Of a stretch of DNA of 64,000 nucleotides, positions 49,051-61,074 are shown piece after piece. This stretch comes from Octopus sinensis (lineage: Eukaryota). Position 1 is the stretch's first letter. Every line of letters starts with the position of its first letter. Location: assembly GCF_006345805.1 (NCBI RefSeq), contig NC_043010.1, positions 27,714,001 through 27,778,000 on the forward strand, read 5' to 3'. The position numbers and the translations under genes were made by a program. The notes under the pieces are model-generated. The model had not been told where the DNA came from and made no database searches. It worked only from the letters and a program-made list of their open reading frames with translations.

Positions 49051-50484
49051 CAGTAACGCAATGCTGAAATAAACACGCAGGCGACATCATATGTTAGTCA
49101 AAACAAACAGTAAACACAGACTGATGACATATAAGTGTAAAGGTTATAAATTTCAAATCCAGCGTTGATATCTACAGCATGGTTTTTTCAACCTTTTGTG
49201 ACTCAGCACCCCAACTGGCGTTTCAAACGCTCCTCCCAATCATTTACAAAAAGAAAAATAAATAAACCACACACACACACACACTCGAGGTCATTTTAAT
49301 CAAACAGAATTTAACTTTGCGCAGTGGTGCTATTTAGATTTTCTTCTCATTATTCCATACATCATGTTCCTCCTTTGCGACGACTAATGACCTCATGTCA
49401 TAAAAAGTTGAAGGAAATTACTTTAAAAACCAGGCGCGATTATATTGAGCCTTGACCGATCTTAACCTGAGCGGCAGCATCTCTTGCGTCCGTTTGAGGT
49501 CACCATGTTTCTGCTCACTTGTTATATTCTTTTCTACTCTAGGGCACAAGGTAAGAAATTTTGAGGGAGGGGCCCAGTCGATTATATCGACCCCAGTACG
49601 CAACTCGTACTTAATTTATCGAACCCGAAAGGATGAAAGGCAAAGTCGACCTCGGTGGAATTTGAACTCAGAACGTAAAAACATGAAATACCGCTAAGCA
49701 TTTCGCCGGGCGTGCTAACGTTTCTTATTTTTTTATTGCTCACAAGGGGCTAAACATAGAGGGGACAAACAAAGGGATTGAGGTGATTACATCGACTCCA
49801 GTGCGTAACTGGTACTTATTTAATCGACCCCGAAAGGATGAAAAGCAAAGTCGACCTCGGCAGAATTTGAACTCAGAACGTAGTGGCAGACGAAATACTT
49901 ATTTCTTTACTACCCACATGGGGCTAAACACAGAGAGGACAAACAAGGACAGACAGACGGATTAAGTCGATTATATCGACCCGAGTGCGTAACTGGTACT
50001 TAATTTATCGACCCCGAAAGGATGAAAGGCAAAGTCGACCTCGGCGGAATTTGAACTCAGAACGTAACGCCAGACGAAATACCGCTAAGCATTTCGCCCG
50101 GCGTGCTAACGTTTCTGCCAGTTCCTCGCCGTCTTACTCATATTCTAAGTCAGATTAAGATATTTTTGAAATTATGTTTATAATACCAATATCGTACCGG
50201 GTTCAAATAGCGTCCGTTTGCGAGCTCGCAACCTCCTACACATACAAACTTGCACACACGAGACGCTAGCGCCTGGGTTAAGAATCAGTGATTTATGCCG
50301 GTCGCACGGGCCCTTCCTACAATAAAGAAGCCGCAACAAACGCCAGTAACATTTCATCCGGAACATATGACTCCGAAGGGAGCGATGGATTCCGATACCT
50401 CCGTGTCTTACACAATTTGCGACCAACACAAATATGAAAATGGAAAATGAAACGGATCAAACTAAGAGTGGTTCTTTTACTACA

Positions 50485-50486
<2 letters not shown>

Positions 50487-50582
<96 letters not shown>

Positions 50583-50660
50583 TTCTCTTCTCCTCTCTCC
50601 CCTCTCACTCCTTCCTCTCCCCTCCGTATTTCTCTCCTCTCTCTCTCTTCTCTCACTCTC
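50487..50660. repeat. (CT)n microsatellite and pyrimidine tract
   Basis: About 90 nt of pure CT repeat followed by degenerate CT. Confidence 0.95.
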
Positions 50661-51489
50661 CCTGTTTCGGCGTTATACTTGTCTCTTCTGTCAACTTGAT
50701 CAAAGCCCATCGGTTTAAACCGAAGCAGCTATTAGCGTGAAAGAGCCGTTTTAGTCATTTAATAACACCCACTTCATTATTAAATTCACTTCAAGAAGTT
50801 CGCTTCCCATCCACAAGGTCCTGGGTTCGATGCCACTGCATGGCATCTTGGACAAATTCAAGTTTCATTTCCTTTTATCAGCCCGTACCTTAATCACTGA
50901 AATTGAATAGAGGGAAACTATACGGAAGCCCGTTGAGTACGGGTGGACTGAACCTGTAATTCAAAAGGTACAGTATTTGTCATTCTGATTTTGCCTCTGG
51001 ATTACTTCAATGATATATGTATCTGCGGAATACTCAGCTACTTAGACGTTAATTTACTGGGCAGGTAATTCAGTTGAGATCAAACAACTGAATCCACATT
51101 GTCGAACGACGATCTACAATATATGTGTATACATGTGTGTGTGTAAATGTTGTATGTATATGTGTTTGTATGTGTATAAATGCTATATGTATGTGTGTAT
51201 ACATGCTGCGAGCGCATATGTATACCTATGTATGTACGCATAGACACAGATGCATAGGTATAATTCTTGAAAAAATATTCCGAAACGTTTGTGTGTGTGT
51301 GTGTATTTTCTTCTTCCGTCTTCCTTTTCTATTGAACTTTCCTCTGTTTCTGAAGGAAAGCGTCTGCTCGAAACGTAAAACCACTTTTCTTTCCTTCCCT
51401 GAGCGTCTGCTAATACTTTACCACGTCCTCGCGTTGTTTTCTTTTTTTGTGTTTGCTTTTCGTTTTTTTTATTTACTATATATAAATAC

Positions 51490-51569
<80 letters not shown>

Positions 51570-51574
51570 TAACG

Positions 51575-53241
51575 GGAAGCTTTATGAAAATAAACAAAAG
51601 ACGAAGGCAGGTGGAAAACAAACGAACAATTGTATTAGTATGGCGCTCAGGAAATATAAATAAAACAAGTCTTTAACGTTTCGAGCCTACGCTCTTCAAC
51701 AGAAAGAGAAAAACACAGAAAGAAGGAGAGAAAAAAAATGCGTGCAGTAGCTAACGAATCAACATGGCGATCTGATTTCGGCCAGAGGTCAAAGATCAAA
51801 CATGAGACGCGAGAGCGAAATAAGGGGAGATAATAGGGTTGATAAAAGGGTTGAGGGACCAGCTAAAAGTGCGTGGGAGGGGTCTGGATGTGTGTATGTA
51901 TAGGGTTGGTGTATGTATTAGTATGTATAAGGGTGTGTGTGTGTGTGTGTATGAGAGAGTATTAGTGCGTAGGATTGGTCTGGACGTGCGTATGTATGGG
52001 GTTGGTGTATGTATTAGTATGTATTAGTATGTATTAGTACGTATTGGTATGTATAGGTGTGTGTGTGTGTGAGAGAGTATAAGTGCGTATGCGGGGTCTG
52101 GACGTGTGTATGTATAGGGTTGGTGTAAGTATTAGTATGTACTAGTATGTATTAGTACGTATTAGTATGTATTAGTTGGTGTGTGTATTAGTATGGCACA
52201 TCATATGTGATGTGATGTGTAAAGTCATGTGGTGTAGTGAGGAGAAGAGGGGGAGGGGGAGAAGAGGGGTAGAGAAGGGGAGGGGAAGAAGAGGGGGAGG
52301 AGAAGGGGGAAGAGGAGAGGATGGGGGAGAAGGAAGGGGAGAGAGGGAGCAGAGGGAAGGGGAAGAGGGAGGGAGAAAGAGGGAAGAAGGGAAGGGGAGT
52401 AGGGGTGAAAGGATGAAGGACTGAAGAAGTAGGGGTCGGGGGGAGAAAGGATAGGTGAGGAGGGGGGAGGGGGGTTAGATGAGGAGGGGGGAGAGTTGAG
52501 ACCAAATGGCGTATAAGAGCGAAGAGAGAAGATTAATTCCTGTTCACGGCGCAAACGGGAATCCGGATGGCCTCTGTGTAAGGACAAACCGAACACAGAT
52601 AGGTGTTGCAAGGAGTGACCGGTGGAGCGGAAATGGCGTGAGACCGGTGTGTCGTTCGCAAGGTGGATGTCACGAAGGTGTTCCGCGAACCGGTCAGCCA
52701 AGCGGCGTCCCGTTTGTCCGATGTACAAGGAATTGCAGAGAGAGCAAGAGATGCAATAGATAATATTGCTGGAGGTGCAGGTGAAGGAGTGGATGATGGG
52801 ATAGGGTCGATGGTGGGTGCTAGTGAGGCGGGTGGTGTTGGAGAGGTAAGGGCAAGTGCAGCAACGTGGGCGGGAGCAGGGGAACGAGCCGGGTTGGGAG
52901 GTAGGGTCAGGGAAGGAGCTATGGACCAAAAGGTCTCGAAGGTTGTGGGCTCGTTTGAAAGAGGGGAAGGGTCGGTTAGGGAAGAGGTGTGAAGTGGACG
53001 GGTCGGACTGGAGATGACGGAAAGCTCGAAGAATGGTGCGTTGGAGACGTAGGGTCGTGGGGTGGTAAGTGAGGGGAAAAGGGAGGCGGGAGACTACAGG
53101 GCGGGTTCGGGGAGAGAGAGCAGATACACGGTCCACGGACCGTGCTCTGGCAAGGGTGGTGTGGATAGTGGTGAGGGGGTATCCACGTAGGGTGAAGTGG
53201 TGAGCCATACGTTGAGACTGAGTCTCAAAGTCATGGTCGTC
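51575..53241 (-). mobile_element. 5'-truncated Penelope-like retroelement (RT thumb plus GIY-YIG endonuclease plus 3' pseudo-LTR)
   Basis: F..RGYP, PLTYHP, FKRAHNLRDLLVHS, PC.RPRC.TC, FTCTSSNIIYCISCSLC..LYIGQTGRRL.DRF.EH, RE..LI..L....P.GLN; pLTR at ~51575-51830 contains a hammerhead motif; truncated at (TA)n. Confidence 0.92.
51671..51706 (-). ncRNA. Hammerhead-like motif in the Penelope pseudo-LTR (CUGUUGA variant)
   Basis: Minus strand CTTT-CTGTTGA-A-GAGC(GTAG)GCTC-GAAAC-GTT-AAAG; related copies at 6774-6809(+), 7139-7174(-), 42504-42539(-), 51346-51381(+). Confidence 0.55.
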
Positions 53242-53242
53242 A

Positions 53243-53274
<32 letters not shown>

Positions 53275-53929
53275 GCGCGTGAAGGCCTTTTTGTTTGAGT
53301 AGGCAAAACAGGCAGTGGGCACTACCTACCGTGACTAAATCTATAAATATTAATTATCAATTATAGAAAATAAATGATTTTTAATGCATTATAAAAAATG
53401 CTAATTTAATGCATGAAATTCAGTATAGAATTCGGTAAATGACTGCCATTTTGATGTTAGAATGGCACAATTTCCGATGCTTTCATCTTTAATGTTTATA
53501 TTAATGCTAATGAAATTAATCCCACGTGCCACGTTTGAAGACGAAGAAAGGAGTTATCATAGCGTCACGGAGACAGGAATCAAACTATCTCCGCGCTCAG
53601 AGAGAGAGAGAGAGAGAGGGAGAAAGAGAAAGAAAGAGAGAGAGAGAGAGAGAGAGACTGTGTGTGTGTTTGTGTTTTGCATGACGTGTTTGTTTTATCA
53701 GCAATGGTTCAGTTAACTCTAAAGGATATTATTATTGTATGTGTGTATAAAATAGCAATAATGAACGTGTGTGGGTGGGTGGGTAGGTGTCGGGGGGGGG
53801 GGGTATGTCTATGTGTACATAGAATGGTTTATGCAATGCATACATACATGTATATATACAATACAATAATGCTTGTTTGTTTACAAGCGTATGTACAATT
53901 CTTGAAAAACTATTCCGAAACATGTGTTT

Positions 53930-54054
53930 GTATGTATGTATGTATGTCTCTCTCTCTCTCTATATATATATATAATATATGTGGTGTGTGTGTGGTGTGT
54001 GTGTGTGTGTGTATTTATACATGCATATATATATACGCGTGTATATGTGTGTAT

Positions 54055-54144
<90 letters not shown>

Positions 54145-54285
54145 CATATATATATATATGTATATATATGTATGTAATATATACATATATATGTATGTAT
54201 ATATATACATATATATATATATATACGTATATATATGTATGTATATATATACATATATATATATGTATATATATGTATGATATAA

Positions 54286-54340
<55 letters not shown>

Positions 54341-54385
54341 CAAGTAGCTGCGTTGTAAACTATATATATACGTGTGTGTGTGTGT
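53930..54385. repeat. Compound (TA)n/(TG)n microsatellite block
   Basis: Seen directly; source of the YIYI and CVCV ORFs. Confidence 0.95.
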
Positions 54386-54895
54386 ATTCAAATTTATACT
54401 GCAAGAAGATGGAATAAACAGGTTTTAATTACAAATTACAACATTCGTTTCTGTGCAGTAGTAACAGCTGCAAGTTGCTGAGTTTCCCATATGATATTAC
54501 ATAAGTCATCTTATAAATAATTACACAAATACGTATGATCCAACAACAGCTGTACGCCGGCACTTCATTATGTAGGTTGCTTTTAAAACACCCATTGGGA
54601 CAGAGGGTTGAGGGACAGAGAAGAGGAATTGAGAGAGAGAGAGAGTTGTCAGTTTGGCTGAAAAGTTTCGAGCGACTGCTTCAAGAAACTAGAGACGTTT
54701 CATTGTAATCGTTCACACGGTTCGATTCCTCGTCGCTCGTCTTTTGACAATTCTAGCTTCCAGTGTCAGGGTGCCACTTGTGGAATTTAATAAAAAAAAC
54801 ACTTCTAAAACAAGTGCAGACCATCAAAGAACTCCCACACTCACAATTTATACCACCATCGCCACCACAACCACCACCGCCACTACTGCCACTCA

Positions 54896-54937
<42 letters not shown>

Positions 54938-55683
54938 TTAACCACTTCTCCCGCTACCCCACCCACTACACACCCTCTTTTCTTCCTTTTTAATTAATCA
55001 ACACTCGCTATCTAATTGAGAAAATTTCTTCCTTCTGTTTATGCCGTTGACATCTTTGCAAGATCTGAGAGAAAAGGGAATTTAGTGTGAATAGCGCGGA
55101 GGTGGGTGCCGGTGGCAATGGCACTTCAAAGTTCACTTCGTCTTTCTCTTTTTCCTTTCTCTTCTCTTTCTCACCCTCACTCACTCTTACTCTTACCTTT
55201 CCTCTGTTTATTTTTCTCTCTCTCTTTCTCCCTGTGTCTCTCACTTTTTCTTCCCCACTGTCTCTTTATCACTCCTTCTCCTTTCTTTCTGCAACTTTCT
55301 CTCTCTTTCTCTCTCTCCCCCTCTCTATTTCTCTGTGTCTTTCTCACTCTCTCGTAAAGCGATAGAGACGAAGGGGGCGGGGAATATGATTTACGACTTC
55401 CTGTGTCCGTTTCTGGAAACTTCTCAATTAAACAAAAACACGTATTCAACTTCTAAAATATAAGACAAGTTTAACAGAGTGACAACGGCGGCGGCGGAGG
55501 TGATAGTAGTAGCAACAGTAGTAGTAGTAGTAGTAGTAATCGTGCTGGTGCTGGGTTTGGTTGGGGCGAAGAAGCCTTTAAGTCGGTGAACGTAAAAAAA
55601 ATAGCTATGACATTTAATACAAACCCATGTATATGTGTGTGTGTATGTATATATATATGTGTGTGTGTGTGTGTATGTATATG

Positions 55684-55728
<45 letters not shown>

Positions 55729-55814
55729 GTGTGTGTATTTACAGATAGTTAGATAGATATACATACATAAACACTACACATGCATGTGTGTCTATGTGAG
55801 CACTCGCGCGCGTG

Positions 55815-55863
<49 letters not shown>

Positions 55864-56539
55864 ATATATATATGCAGACTTTGCGTACGCGTAACATAAT
55901 TTTGTCTTTTAGTCTGAGACACACATACCGATAAAACAAGCGAGAAGCACACAAACAATAAGTATCATGCACAATCACTGGAACACAAGTAACGTTTCAA
56001 ACATGATGTCCACACAACACACACAGACACATTGACACAAAAAGAGTTGATATTACACATACAAACTTACTCCACAAACGCATGTCCACACCAACATTTG
56101 AACAACTCCCCTTTTTATATTTTGGGTAATTAGTCATCGACTACATACACACATACATCCATCCATACACACGTACATACACATATACACACACATACAT
56201 ATACACACATACACACACATATTTACATACATATACACTCATAGAAATGCATGCATACATACATATACACATACATGCATACATACTTATACACTTTCAT
56301 AGAAATACATGTATGCATACAGACAGACGCATATACACATACATACATATTTACATACATACTTATACACTCAAAAATACATGTATGCATATATAGAGAG
56401 AGACAGACATGCACACACGCACACATACATATATGCATGCATGCATGCAGCATATTGGATATATGCATGCCTACATACTACAGTCATATGTACGTACGTA
56501 TATTACCTACGTACCATCTTACATTACATATACAAGATT

Positions 56540-58020
56540 TACGAGAATGTTGGCGGGAGACGACAATAACCGGTCATCTAATTGCTTTTGAACAGAAACT
56601 GAGGGCGATAAGCGAAAAACTTTATTATCACAAGAAATTCCAAGAATGTAGTACTGTCAATCGTAAGTTTGCAGTAAATTCACAAGAGGTATCAGGGCTG
56701 GTCCCAGGAATTTTTGGAAGGGAGAGCACAACGTCAGAAGGGAATACACTTCCAGGAGAAAAGGGCGTAATAACATGATTTAGAAGGGCGCACTTCTTTT
56801 CTTGAAGGTGTACGTGCTCCTCAGGCCACCCCACTTGTGTCCGCCCCTGGGTATCTTGCCGTATGAAAGGCCATATCAACGTCGTAAAAGCCCCTCTCCA
56901 TAATTATTTTGTTGAGGGAACTGGAATCTGAACAAAACACGCATTTGTAATGCGACGTGATTAAAGGTGCTCGGAAGTGAATCCTGTGAAAAGTCTCTGC
57001 CGTAACAGTATATCATCGGTGAAACCCCAACCCTAACGGTTCTTACAAAACTGCGGAACGGAAAATCGCCTGCGTGAGACCTGAAAGTCAGTTATTAATT
57101 AATACAGGAAGCGCACATTCTACAGGCCAGTTATTCTTTTCCACTCTAGGCAAAAGGCCCGAAATTTTTTTTGTGGTAGGGGGTTGGACAGTCAATTAGA
57201 TCGACCCAGTACGCAACTGGTACTTAATTTATCAACCCCGAAACGATCAAAGGCAAAGTCGATCTCGGCGGAATTTGAACTCAGAACGTAAAAATAGACG
57301 AAATACTGCTAAGCATTTCGTCCGGCGTGCTAACGTTTCTGCCAGCTCGCCCCCTTTTCGAAAGAACAATGAATGCTGAACTCAACGTAGCTAAAAGCCA
57401 AGAGGTGCATCTGACCAGAACCTACAGGTCCATAGTATAGTCGGATGTTATGTATAAGCTATACACAGGTCACTTGACTATATTCCTCCAAGGTCACAGC
57501 GAAACACACAATATGGTGAGTGGTAGGGAGGTGGCAGAAGGAAAGGAGTTTGGGATTGTACCAAACAGCTCCTTATCAACAAACTTATCCTTAAGGAAGC
57601 GAAGCAGCACTGCTGAAGTCTGCTGAATGTATGGTTAAACTATGAGAAGGCGTTTGACTTTGATCTTCGCTCATGGATAACAGAGCCACTATGTCTTGCC
57701 AAGATTCCAACTGTTATAACCGACACCGTTAAGAGACTGACGACAACATAGTCCACAGAATTATCGAGAACTAAAATTATTACTAAAGTCACTAACTGAT
57801 TTTGACTATCAATAGGAATATTACAGAGTGTTAGCATTGAAACTCTTGTCAGCCATGTTATAATATAACGGCTGCATGACGGGATCTGTAGAGGAGAGAA
57901 AAGTTAATGTCCTGCACAGCGGTTTTGTTGATGACCTGAAGCTGACCTTGAGTAATGTTCACGATACCAAGAGACAGAACGGGTCACAACATTAGCAGGA
58001 ATATAGTAATGGAATTTGGT
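56540..58020 (+). pseudogene. Decayed R4/Dong-type RT ORF interrupted by a MITE and a SINE
   Basis: EQKLRA..KL.Y.K..NRKF..N; YR.I...MYKLYT; KGVW.CTKQLLINK; WLNYEKAFD; FVDDLKL. Confidence 0.72.
56693..56849. mobile_element. 157-bp MITE with a 5-bp target-site duplication
   Basis: GGTAT|CAGGGC ... CGCCCCTG|GGTAT; removing it rejoins the LINE coding sequence (QEVS-CRMKG). Confidence 0.72.
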
Positions 58021-58042
58021 CAGGATAACTGGTCGTATTTGA

Positions 58043-58438
58043 CAGAGCTGGCAGAAACGTAAGCACACCGGGTGAAATACTTAGCGGTATTTCGTCTGCC
58101 GCTACGTTCTGAGTTCAAATTCCGCCGAGGTCGACTTTGCCTTTCATCCTTTCGGGGTCGATAAATTAAGTACCAGTTACGCACTGGAGTCGATGTAATC
58201 GACTTAATACCTATGTCTGTCCTTGTTTGTCCCTTCTGTGTTTAGACCCTTGTGGGTAATAAAGAAATAGGTATTTCGTCTGTCTTTACGTTCTGAGTTC
58301 AAATTCTGCCGAGGTCGACTTTGCCTTTCATCCTTTCGGGATCGATAAATTAAGTATCAGTTGCGTACAGGGGTCGGTCGATCTAATCGACTGGCCCCCT
58401 CCCCCAAAATTTCGGGCCTTGTGCCTAGAGCAAAGAAG
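58043..58438 (+). mobile_element. SINE family 2, MetaSINE-like (representative, internally duplicated)
   Basis: gagttcaaattcc B box plus gactttgcctttcatcctttcggggtcgataaa.taagtaccag central domain; other copies at approximately 14262-14468, 18950-19135, 38880-39380(-), 47995-48205, 49530-50130(-), 57133-57352(-), 60225-60560. Confidence 0.8.
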
Positions 58439-60706
58439 ATTTGGCAGTCAAAAAAGGAATGATTGTCGACTAGTGGTCTCTTTTACGTTTCACTCATTTG
58501 ACTGCTGTCATACTGGAGCACCGCATTCAGTCGACCAAATCGACCCCAGGACTTATTCTTTGTAAGCCTAGCACTTATTCTATTGGTCACTTTTGCCGAA
58601 CCGCTAAGTTTCGGGGACACAAACACACCAACAACGGTTGTCAAGCGATGGTGGAAGGACAAACACAGACACAAACGCACACGTGCACACACAAACACTA
58701 CAGGCTTCTTTCAGTTTCCGTCTACCAAATCCACTCACAAGGCTTTGGTCGGCCCGTGGCTATAGTAGAAGACACTCGCCCAAGGTGCCAGCAGTGGGAC
58801 TGAATCCGGAACCATGTGCTTAGTAAGCAAGATTCTTACCATACAGCCACGGCTACGCCTATCTCTCCTATCTCTAATGAAGAATCTCACAAATATCACG
58901 GAATTGACGAGAATCTCGCATAAACTGAGGCTGCGACTACAGAAGATATGAAAATTACAGTTGCTTTGCATTCCATAAACCCATATTCTTGAATGCTTTC
59001 GCGCTGCCATAGCTAATACCAATATTTGGGGTACTCGATTAGATGCTTGAAGTAATCTGCACCTTGGACATCAAGACAAGAACGAATCTTACGTCTATGT
59101 AACTTCCACAATTAACAATGTGAAGACCTGAAAAACGTACTTAGCTCGGGTTGCATAATTCAGTCGTCATGTTCATGAAATACGCGTAAACTGACGTGAT
59201 TAGATCATTTATGAAGAAACGCCATAGCATTGCCTTTTCTTAATGTTCTCTGCGATCTTTCTATTTCTGGAGACCAAAGAAAGGAAACTCGGACTAGAAC
59301 ACGTGACTTCTCTTCTCAGTTTTCTCTTTCGATTTATAAGAATGTGCAGAATTCTAAATAATGGTTAAATTGCCCTATCCACTTATATATACATGTGTGT
59401 GTGACATTTTGTCCTTGACCTTCAATATAATAACACCAACCGCAATCGTCTCTTGCATCTTTTCACTCTGAAGTGTCCAACGGACAGCTGTTTCCTTCGA
59501 CATCAAACATTTTATTTTGATATTTCCTTTCGTAGGATGGAATTTCATCTTATTTGCCTCGGACTGTGTGCGGTGATGGTGGCGGCTGTGACGGAGGCGG
59601 CGGCGGCGGTGGCATGGGCGGTGGAGGTGGTGTAGTCTATTTTTTTGTTTTTCTTTTTGCAGAAAAGTTATGATATATTTACATTTTTCCCCCCATAGAA
59701 ATGTTATGCCATATATTTGGATTTAATTATATTTAATTTCTTTAAATTCATTTACTAATTCTAGAGTGAAAAGTCATTCATATTTTCTTGCTCGTGTCTT
59801 CTCTATAAAGTCTTTTGTAGCAGTAGTTTGTGTCATTTTGTTAGAGCTATGTCTCACCCACAGGAAAACATTTCCCCCCCTGCTGTATATCTTTATATAT
59901 CCCGTATGGACAGCTTTCGTTTTTCTATACATATGGAGAAAGAAGGACTATTGAAACAGAGGGAAACAACAACTATAAACGGAGAAGAAGCCATCGACAA
60001 ATAAAAAAAAATTATTGAGAAAAACGGCGAAAGGGGGAACCCCCAGAAAAACAGAAAACTTTAAAAGACGACGTCATAAGAATTGGAGAATTGTAACGTT
60101 TAGCGAAGGAGTTGGCAGGTTAGGGTTAGGGTAAACCCTTTTGCAAGGAATGCTCCAAGAGAAAATAATAGGCAGCAGTAATTAGTGAGTATTAAGAGAC
60201 AGTATTGCAGGAATTGTTCGAAAATTCTTTTCTACTCTAGGCACAAAGCCCGAAATTTTGGGGGACGAGGATAGTCGATTAGATCGACACCAATACGCAA
60301 TTCGTACTTAATTTATCGACCCCAAAAGGATGAGAGGCAAAGTCGACCTCGGCGGAATTAAGGCAGCAAGATGACGGAAACGTTAATACACCGAGTAGAA
60401 TCTTATGTTTTGAGGTCAAATTCCGCCGACGTCAACTTTGCCTTTCATCCTTTGGTGGTCGGTAAAATAAGTTGATTTTTTTATTTCCCACAAGAGGACA
60501 ACATGAAATAAGTACCAGCTGAGCACTGGGGTCGATGTAATTGACTTATCCACCTCGGGCAAAACTGATGCCGTAATCTCTTTTAGAGAGACTTAGTAAT
60601 TTGAATATTTCTATTATTGAAAACAAGTGGATGTATTCCACCGAAACTAGGTAAATAAAACCTTCGAACAGAGACGATCAGTGGCGACACCTGCTGGGTC
60701 GACTAC

Positions 60707-60749
60707 GCTACATTGACAAAGGGCAAATACCCTGAAACGCGTCTGTAGC
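60707..60749 (+). ncRNA. Decayed minimal type I hammerhead motif
   Basis: GCTACA-TTGACAA-AGGG(CAAATA)CCCT-GAAAC-GC-GTC-TGTAGC: 6-bp stem I, 4-bp stem II, ACGCGT palindrome, GUC triplet; core is two transitions from CTGACGA. Confidence 0.6.
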
Positions 60750-61013
60750 AGTGTGAAGCGGCTGACCTCCCTTGTTCGAAGGTTATAATGGACACAGTTT
60801 GTGTGTCAAATAGCTATCTTAAGGCGATGGCCTCATGGAGCTAATCAGCGACAGCTTTTAGTCTTATATCTATAAGACTGCCATATTAATATGGCGATAA
60901 CAATTAATATATATACTTTATTTAAAGCATATTACTCTACCACTGGTATTTGAGTACTCTTTTTTCCACCTTGTTTCACATTTATGTGTTTACTCCGGTA
61001 TATATATATATAT

Positions 61014-61074
<61 letters not shown>

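Noticed and set aside
53662-54391. Long YIYI/CVCV/HTHT ORFs (also at 51125, 56223, 61334, 63323)
   Set aside because: Translations of TA, TG and CA microsatellites; no coding signal.
54719-54730. Perfect B-box GGTTCGATTCC
   Set aside because: No A box or acceptor stem at a suitable distance.
55478-55600. Gly/Ser-rich open stretch after an AG (similar GC-rich triplets at 59570-59635)
   Set aside because: Trinucleotide simple repeats, no polypyrimidine tract, no recognisable homology.
60120-60131. TTAGGG telomeric repeats
   Set aside because: Only two units; expected by chance.
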